Source of the DNA: Octopus sinensis
Lineage: Eukaryota
Assembly: GCF_006345805.1 (NCBI RefSeq)
Contig: NC_043003.1
Coordinates: 41,602,001 to 41,666,000, forward strand
Direction of reading: 5' to 3'
DNA length: 64,000 nt
Shown: piece by piece, positions 55,381-64,000 of the stretch
How positions within the stretch are numbered: the stretch's first letter is position 1
Layout: every line of letters begins with the position of its first letter
Made by a program: the position numbers and the translations under genes
Notes under the pieces: model-generated
Database searches by the model: none
What the model was told of the DNA's origin: nothing
The model's input: only the letters and a program-made list of their open reading frames with translations

Positions 55381-56012
55381 CGCACCTACTGAAGGTGTTC
55401 TAACGTATACCCAGAACCAACAAATTCTGGAAATGAATTTTAATACACAGTTTTGATACCAGTAATTCAATGTTACCTTAGTTTGTAGACACCTGACGGC
55501 CAAAAGAAGAGAGGCAATTTTGATATCGATGTATTGGAAACCATTGCATCAAGAACCTGAACGAAAACACTGACTGCAAAAATGCTTGGCATATTAATGA
55601 TTCTATTAATTCGTTGCTGTATAATACTAAACATAGCTCTTTCGAATGTAAAAGCAAGGTTTCATATTTTGGGTGAATGAGCTAGACGATCACATTGATC
55701 CGATGCTCGACTGGTACTTAATTTATGGAACCTGAAACGATAGAAGCAATGTTTAACACGATGGCATTTGATATTTGATTTCAGAATATAAAGTGGAGAA
55801 TTAAAACAAACAAGACCGCAAAACATTTCGTACAGCGTTCTGATAATGTTCCCGATTCACCACCTCAGTAATGATAATTATTATTATTACTATTTATGCA
55901 AAAAACCTGACATGCCGCTATGTATTTTGTCTGGTGTGCTAACGATTCTGCCGACTAGAAACAATATTAATAAAGGATATATAATAATAATTTTTGTGTT
56001 GTCTCTTATAAA

Positions 56013-56411
56013 CGCAGAAGTGGCTGTGTTGTAAGTAGCTTGCTTACCAATCACATGGTTCTGGGTTCAGTCCCACTGGGTGACACCTTGGACAAGTGTC
56101 TTCTTGTATAGCCTCGAGCCGACCAAAGCCTTGTGAGTTGATTTGGTAGACGGAAACTGAAAGAAGCCCGTAATATATATGTATATATGTGTGTGTGTTT
56201 GTGTGTCTGTATTTGTCCTCCCCCCCAAATCACTTGACAACCGATGGTGGTGTGTTTACATTCCTGTAACAGAGCGGTTCCGCAAAAGAAACCGAGAGAA
56301 TAAATACTAGGCTTACAAAGAGTAAATTCTGGGGTCGATTTGCTCGACTAAAGGCGGTGCTCCAGCATGGCCACAGTCACATGACTGAAACAAGTAAAAG
56401 AGTAAAAGAGT
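56013..56411 (+). mobile_element. full-length family B SINE
   Basis: Homologous to 45878-46236, with an (AGTAAAAG)n tail. Confidence 0.9.
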
Positions 56412-56711
56412 TATAATCCAAGTGCGAATTGCTCTAAATCAAATAATGATATTTATAGTGAATGAGGTTTTGCGCAACGAGCACACATACATAATCACAC
56501 ACACACACACACAGATACATATCCTACACACACACGCGCGCGCACATATATATAGACTGACAAAGTAGCATACACGCGCGTGTGCACACAGAAACAAGTT
56601 TATTCCGTAGCCTGATGTTCCGCGTTGCATCGCTTTGCATGTAAGAATCAAGTGCGTGGACTGTTACTAAGCTCGGACTTGGGATAGGTGTCACGCTTCA
56701 TAGCGCATTTA

Positions 56712-56777
<66 letters not shown>

Positions 56778-57272
56778 TTGTGTTTGTGTGTTTGTGTGTT
56801 TGTGTGTTTGTGTTTCATTTATTTATGCATGTATATATTGAAACTTTCGATTACCGGAACGTGCAAAATTTCGAGGCATTGCTATATCATTTCCTGTACA
56901 GGGAATACGTGTTCCCATGTATTAGAAATTGATCTCTCGTCAATGATTTCGTTTGATTTTACTTCATTCAATATGGAAAGCTATCGTTTTCATATCAACA
57001 AAATTGCGAAAACATAACGAGACTTGTGCTGATATATTACTTACAGCATTTGTTTTTGAAGTTTATTCCAATATGGCTACCTGATTCAATATATTGCTAT
57101 CTAGAAACGAAACAGTTAGTATTAGTCACTGCAGGTTACAGCCAATTTTGAAATTTTCATCGTTGCTTATAATTCTTGACACATGTATATGCAAAGTTGC
57201 TCGTGCACATGAGGATATTTTTAACAATGTGTGTATATCTCTTTCCTCACTCTCTCTTTCTTTCTTTGACTT

Positions 57273-57350
<78 letters not shown>

Positions 57351-57427
57351 ATCTATCTATCTATCTACCTATCTATCTATCTATATATATATATATATAT
57401 ATATCTATATATATATATATATATATG

Positions 57428-57494
<67 letters not shown>

Positions 57495-57567
57495 TATATA
57501 TATATATATTAATATATATATATATATATTATATATATATATATTATATATATATAATATATATATA

Positions 57568-57616
<49 letters not shown>

Positions 57617-57627
57617 ATATAATATAA

Positions 57628-57863
57628 TTCGAGACAAAACCACTATTTTAAAATCAAACAAGGAAAGACTTAATCAATACATAAAATTTTAATATAAATG
57701 ACTTCATAATTTGATACTGATTAGAAGATCGAAAATCCACCTGAAGAATGTCGGTAGCAGGCATTAAACAATTGTAGTGGCGGTTTATTTAATTTATATT
57801 AAAATTTTATGTATTGATTAAGTCTTTCCTTGTTTGATTTTAAAATAGTGGTTTTGTCTCGAA
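57628..57863. mobile_element. fold-back element with 72-bp perfect inverted arms and a hammerhead-bearing 92-bp loop, next to (TA)n
   Basis: 57628-57699 is the exact reverse complement of 57792-57863. Confidence 0.92.
57737..57780 (+). ncRNA. minimal type I hammerhead motif with a single core substitution (G12>U)
   Basis: CCAC-CTGAAGA-ATGTC-GGTAGCA-GGCAT-TAAA-CAATTG-TA-GTGG. Stem I CCAC/GTGG, 5-bp stem II, palindromic stem III ACAATTGT, GUA triplet. Confidence 0.75.
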
Positions 57864-57944
57864 ATATATTATATAATATTTAACTATAAAATTGGATTTA
57901 ACCCTAAATCTGATTTTTCCCTGTAATTTTGGGTTCATTCCCTA

Positions 57945-58062
<118 letters not shown>

Positions 58063-58194
58063 ATATATATATATATACACAATTTAAATATAGGATACAA
58101 TCTTTATAAGAATGTATCAAATAGTTAGCGTGAAAAACCTCATAAGAGAAAAATCCACCATTTTTTCTCTTAAATATATTTGTTTATATTATAT

Positions 58195-58351
58195 AGAGGG
58201 CATTTCTATACATAAATGTCACAGGGTAGGAGGAACTCTTAAACTCAAAACTAATAAAATATTTATAATAAATATGTGTTTATTTATTTTAGTAGTTTTA
58301 ACTTTAAAAGTCCCTTATAGCGTGTGGCATTTATGTATAATAATGCCCTCT
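58195..58351. repeat. diverged fold-back element between TA-rich tracts
   Basis: The ~67-bp arms starting AGAGGGCATT..TATACATAAATG.CACA and ending TGTGGCATTTATGTATAATAATGCCCTCT are imperfect inverted repeats. Confidence 0.75.
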
Positions 58352-58392
58352 TTTTAATATATATATATATTTATATAGATATATAAAATGAC

Positions 58393-58448
<56 letters not shown>

Positions 58449-59559
58449 AAACTAAGACACTCGCACACGCATATGTATATATATATATATGTATATAGCA
58501 AGAACAGAAACCTGTGCCGTGGTGTATCCCTACTTAATATGTAAGGTCGTGATAGTTTAAGTGTAGCACAAAAATGTGTAGGGGTGATATGGTTACCAAG
58601 TAAACTGAGTCTAGGCCACGAATATCAACAAATAAAGTCATTATACATAATAGCTCCTGTATGGTCAGTAGGGATACGAAATCAAACAGCTCCTCATATT
58701 TATATCAAATATCAGAAGACTATTTCAGCTCTAGAACAGAATTAAAATTCCACATCAAAGAAGTTTCTCCCCAAATGCAATCAAGTAATTTGCATAACAT
58801 ACATAGCTATCTATATGCATAACCGATGCCGAGATACACATAACAAACTGTTGTGTTTCGTATTGAGAAGAAACAAGTCTGTCGTTGTGCGATTGCTGTC
58901 AAGCAGTCATGCTTTTAAACTTGTTCTCACATTTAACTCTGGCTGTTTCATACTAATAGTATATTTGAAAAATAGAAGTATTTACATCTCGTTTTGTATA
59001 CGAGGTCTGAAATCCTGATAAAAAATTTGATGAACGTCTGATAAAGATCAAAGAATTAAGAAACTTATATCTACGCATCATTGCATTTTTGTTGACCAAC
59101 TTTGATTCTGCCAGAGCAAATAGCCCGAAGGCATTATATCAGAGTTGTTATGCCATGAAAAAGTAGAATTTTTTTTTGTTTTTGATCTTGCTATAATAAT
59201 GTTCATGGAACAAATAATATTGTAATATACTAGGAACAATGTTATCTTGGTTTTCTGCTGCAACAAAAACGTGTAATTCAACCAGAATGTGAAAGTTATT
59301 CTAAAAATTTTCTCAGGCTGTATAACATAAATGAAATATCAATACATGGTTCAAAGCTAATGCAAGATATATATCACAAAGTTATCAAACGAATGCTATC
59401 CTGCCTGAGATAGTCCAGAGTTGATTGGTAGTCGGTTTAAAAAGATAACCTCAAAAAATCATTCTAAAAATCTCTGTGTATAAAGAGTATGACATCAACT
59501 TTAAAGAATTTATGCCGATAAAGCCAGACATATGACTTAAATCTGTCACATTAAGCAAA

Positions 59560-59990
59560 GACAACACACACCAGAGCAATACTTTTTAGTCAGAGACGAG
59601 TCCGCGTGAAACGAAAACTAAATATCGGAAATACCTTAACGAAACAAATTAATGACCCCAAAATATCCTACTTACAAAAGGATTTTCAAGCATCAAAAAC
59701 AACTAAAATCAACATTAGACTATCCAATGAAATATAGAGGTAAAGAAGAGATTCCAGTACAGGCAAAAAGAAGAAAAGTTCTCACTGACAGCAAATACAA
59801 AACTGTAACTGAAACACTAAATTAACAATTCCAAATTGTTTTCAGTAGCCCCTTCCGAAACATGAGAATAAATACACCTAGTGACGTCTTCAAATCTGCA
59901 GCCTATCATCAAACAGGAGGATGCTATATTGGCCATCGACGGGCTGAACTTCAATTGGTTTTCCAATGACAATTATACAGACTTGGATAT
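59560..59990 (+). mobile_element. decayed internal fragment of a CR1-like LINE (endonuclease-RT linker)
   Basis: Peptides NDPKISY, LN*QFQIVFS and KQEDAILAIDGLN resemble the CR1 linker; many indels. Confidence 0.4.
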
Positions 59991-60059
59991 TAAGGCGGTG
60001 TTTCAGCATGGCCGCAGTCAAATGACTGAACCAAGGAAAAGAATAATAAAATAAAATAG
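59991..60059 (+). mobile_element. isolated family B / CR1-type 3' tail
   Basis: GGCGGTGTTTCAGCATGGCCGCAGTCAAATGACTGAACC plus an A-rich tail. Confidence 0.65.
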
Positions 60060-61204
60060 TTCTGACAAACTTCGATATTTTCTTCCACCTTCGTTGCTTG
60101 TGGCAGACTTTCCAATAATTTTAAGGGAAATATAATGTCCTAAAAATAAAGATGTAAGTAACAGCTGCTGAAAATTAAATCTCACTTCTTGGACCTCACA
60201 CTCAGAAAAGTCATGGAAAGGTTTGTCAGAAGGAATCTAATGGTTGCTTACTGATATACACATGGCTTACACGCACGCGCACGCACACACACACAGACAA
60301 ACACACTCACACAGGCGCGCACATGCACAATGCCTTTGCCGTGCCGGCCAAGAAATATATGACTCTCCCTCACTTTCAATCATACCGGCTTAAATACTTT
60401 AAGATTTATTGGAAAATGTTTTCTTCAAAATTGTGTTTAGCGCAATCTGAAGAATTATACAATTTAGCCATCAAGATATCAGAAGCTCGAACTCACAAAT
60501 CTTATACACCCTGAATGCTACTGATAAAACAAAAAGTCCACGTCGAACTGTTTGTATATCTATAGAAACGATGGTATTGTAGATGTGATAATTTGTGTGT
60601 TGTGGCCTATGTCAAAAAAGAAAGATATATGGAACCAGAATGTCTTTCCACGAGTAATAATTACATAATAGCCCAAGAATATAGAATAAGAGTTTGACAA
60701 TCACAGTATCATGATTTCAATATTCTTCGGCCTTATGCAGATTTGGTAGCTTCATAAGTATATATTTATATTCACCCGTACTCTTTAACATTCAATGTCA
60801 AGAATAAATCAACGAAGAATTTTAGAAATAGTATATGTTAAACGAGATAATTATGTAGTACACCACAAAAGACATGAATAAATTAACTTTATAGACAAAT
60901 ATATCAATATCTATTTGTAATAACAGGTATAAACATACATATATACAACGACAGGTATAGTATGTAGATAATGTTCAGTCGAAAATCGATTGGTGGTGTA
61001 CATTTAGTAAAAGGGAAACTGATTAAGAAAATATTTGTTGTTGAGATGGTACATAAGCTATACGGTGCTGAATTTTGTGGAAATTAATATGTGAGATACA
61101 TATCATGTATTAATATTTGAGAATAATAAAACATGAAATTTATCACAATATTAAAGTCAGGACCAAGTAGTGAGTTGGCAGTATATGTAGCACGCATTCT
61201 GAGT

Positions 61205-62554
61205 TCAAAATCCCCCGATGTCAGCTTGGGTTGTTACGGCTAGACACAAATGTCCTTATGAAAATGATTATCCGGTTGTGAGCTTGGCTGTGTGGGAAGG
61301 CGCGCTGTCCTGCTGGAGCAGTACTCCTCGCCACCAAAGAGGTATCCCGTACTATCTCAACGTACTTTGTTGCGTTGATGTTGCATAGAGCCGCCCAACA
61401 CCACTGTAGCTGAACGCCCCTCAGACCATCAGACCACCCCCACCTTGCTTCATGGTGGGAGCAATGCAGTCTTTGTTGAAGCGCTCACCCCTGCGACGTC
61501 GCACATGGACAGGCTTGTCACTGACGAGACTGAATCGCGACTCGTCAGTGAACATCACTGTCCGCCACTGCTGCACGGTCCATGTCTTGTGGGCACGGGC
61601 CCAGAGCAGCCGCCTCTTCCGGTTTTGGGCTGTAAGGAGCGGCTTACGGGTGGCCCTACAGGATTTTAGACCAGCTTCCAGTAATCTGGTCTTGACGGTG
61701 GTTGTAGACAACTGCTTCCCTGTCATCTTTTGTATCTCCTCCGCCAGTTGCCGGCTCGTTGCCCTTCGGTTGTACAGTGACTTTCGGATCAGCATCCGGT
61801 CCTCCCGCTGGGTCGTCAGCCTCTTCCGTCCCCTACCCTTTTTGTCAGCTGCTGATCCGGTTTCCTCGTATTTCTTAAATAAGCACTGAATTGTGCGCCT
61901 GGCTACACCAAGTTTTCTGGCTATTGCAACCTCCGACAGCTTCCCACGCCACGAGAGAGCCTCGTACCGTCTCTCCAAGGTCATGTGAGGTCTTGGGCCC
62001 ATCTAGGAATGAACGATAAAAACCAGTTATTTTCATTAAAACTATTCATTTGAATAATGTTATGCTATAACAAAACTGCTATGAGTTATTATTCATTAAA
62101 CAAAAAAGAAAGAAAGCAGAATTTCTCACTTTATTTGATGTATAACAGAAAGTTTTGTGAACCGGAAGTGACGTCACCAAGCAGAGTGTAGGAGAATTTG
62201 TGAGGAAATAAAATCTTGCAAATACACAAATCAATTAACCTACAAGCTATTCAAAACGTCTTACGCGATGAGAAAACTTAGTACGGTGTGATTTCGTTCC
62301 TTGCGAGGCGCTACCTATATATATTAAACAAAGGAAGATTTGTCTGCATCCGCACTCCAAGTTGTTGTTGCACTGCTATGTCAACATCATTAGGCTGTAG
62401 ACTCTCAAACCGCTCTGCAAACAAAGTTACGTCATCGTTCTGCACAACAGTGAACTTGCAACAAAGCAATAGTTCAAGATATGGCCACTAGGTGACAGCA
62501 AATACCTTGAGTGAAGAGCAAATCAAGGGTGCTAATTAATTTCTGACGGTAGTG
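61205..62554 (-). mobile_element. Tc1-family DNA transposon, 5' TIR retained, 3' part decayed
   Basis: TA|CACTACCGTCAGAAATTAATTAGCACCC terminus at 62554, followed by the transposase frame. No matching second TIR was seen. Confidence 0.9.
61421..62002 (-). pseudogene. Tc1 transposase, 193 open codons (paired-like HTH domains, GRGRKR linker, RKPLL, first catalytic D in FTDESRF)
   Basis: The ORF ends at GLMV*G where the conserved W would be (TGG>TGA). The downstream QQDSAPSHTAK (second D) lies after frameshifts. Confidence 0.88.
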
Positions 62555-62556
62555 TA

Positions 62557-62753
62557 CATATATATATGGATATATATATGTTTGTATGTGTGTGTTTGTC
62601 CCTCCCATCGCTTGACAACTGATGCTGGTGTGTTTACGTCCTTTACTTAGAGAGCGATAGAATAAATACTAGTCTTACAAAGAATAAGTCCTGGGGTCGA
62701 TTAGCTCAATTATATGTAGTGCTCCATCAAGGCCATAGTCAAATCACTGAAAC
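62557..62753 (+). mobile_element. family B SINE 3' half abutting the Tc1 terminal TA
   Basis: GCTTGACAACTGATGCTGGTGTGTTTACGTCC...CTTACAAAGAATAAGTCCTGGGGTCGAT. Confidence 0.75.
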
Positions 62754-64000
62754 ATATATATATATACATATATATTACATATTTGAGGGAAACCACTATG
62801 TGGACACCCTTATGCAAGAAATAGATCCGCTATGGTCTTACCACTAAGAAATGTACTCAAGAAAAATTTTACAAAACAGCCAAAACGTAATCGAGCATGG
62901 CAAAAGAAAAAGCAATAAAAATATGGATTACTCGCATACATGTTTCTCTATTAACATATTACGTAATTTTACTTACATAAATAAATGTCCGTAGATCATC
63001 GGTGCGAACGTCCAGATGAATATAATTTGACTGAATACTAGGACGTACGCACAAAGTCAGATCTGTAAAAAGTTCTACCCATTACACTCGTGGTTACTAT
63101 TTCAAATGTACTCGTTTTGGCGCGCTAAATTACCGGCTTTTATCCACAAGGATTTTAAAAAAGAGTTACGTAAGCGAGAAATCATTTTAACAGCAAACTT
63201 TCCTGTTAGAAAATATTTTACTTACACACAACACGGCTTCGATTGATTGATGCGGGGTAAAAAATTAGATTACAATTGTTTGTTCTTGATTATATTCCCT
63301 TAATTCACAATGCATGTGTTACTTCGGCATCATCATTCCATAAAATGTGCTTAATGGGAGAAAAATATCAAAAAAACATCAATGCACGGAGAGAAGTTTT
63401 ACTTGTTCTAGAAACAACAGCCGAAGCTCCCTTGAATTGTTCCCCTTTTCCTCTGAAAATATTCATCTTTTTTTACCGAAAACTCTTCTCCCATGGCGTT
63501 TAAATTTTTTAAAATGGCCCAAATTGGTCCAGATAGTTATTATTGTAAGGCTTATAGCGTTCCAAATAGCCATAATAGAAAATCATTTCTTAACATTTTT
63601 TATAAAAATTAAGCTCGTGTATCAAAAAATTTTCATTTGAAAAATAATGTTTTTACATAACTTATACAGCATAAATTGTGGGTTTTGCAAATAGCGAATT
63701 AAACTCGAAATGAAAACACTGAAATAGAGAGTGAGAGACTTTGAAAATGAAAACGGAATCTTCCGCAGTGAATACAATGAATATTTAAATTTCAAGTTCA
63801 AAAATTCAAAACAATTCAGAAATCGAAACTATAGGAAATTTCTTGGAACGATCAAGCCTTTAATAATTGCTTTCTTTTATTAACTGCTACATACCTAATT
63901 CACAAGCGGCTTTCTGCATTATGATATAGATTACATGTACGCCATACTTCTTGACGGTAGTCATGTGACAAAATCTACTTTACACCGCTAATGTTACTCG

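Noticed and set aside
54950-55503. Mucin-like Thr/Ala-rich 168-aa ORF
   Set aside because: Compound (ACT)/(GCT) repeat open in overlapping frames and on the opposite strand; no signal peptide or convincing exon context.
61452-61889. 145-aa plus-strand ORF
   Set aside because: Antisense shadow of the GC-rich Tc1 transposase.

Overview
AT-rich, microsatellite-dense animal DNA, most likely from an octopod cephalopod judging by the SINE families; it reads as intron or intergenic sequence. No intact host gene is recognisable, and almost all ORFs in the track are simple-repeat translations or antisense shadows of transposons. The window holds many tRNA-derived SINEs (families labelled A, B, C and C2 here), decayed DNA transposons (mariner, two Tc1, one Chapaev-type) and LINE fragments (CR1, RTE, Tx1-like). 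It also has four fold-back elements sitting in or beside (TA)n tracts. The most interesting signal is a set of minimal type I hammerhead ribozyme motifs of the Penelope-associated kind, with a palindromic stem III, carried by four unrelated small non-coding elements. These are the loop of a 72-bp perfect fold-back (57737-57780), a TA-flanked insert (45027-45104), a ~330-bp structured element with a 22-bp target duplication (34261-34299), and the tail of a tRNA-headed SINE (three degenerate copies at 12.7 kb and 17.9-18.3 kb). All pairings were read by eye. No folding, alignment or database search was run, and family names rest on motif recall.
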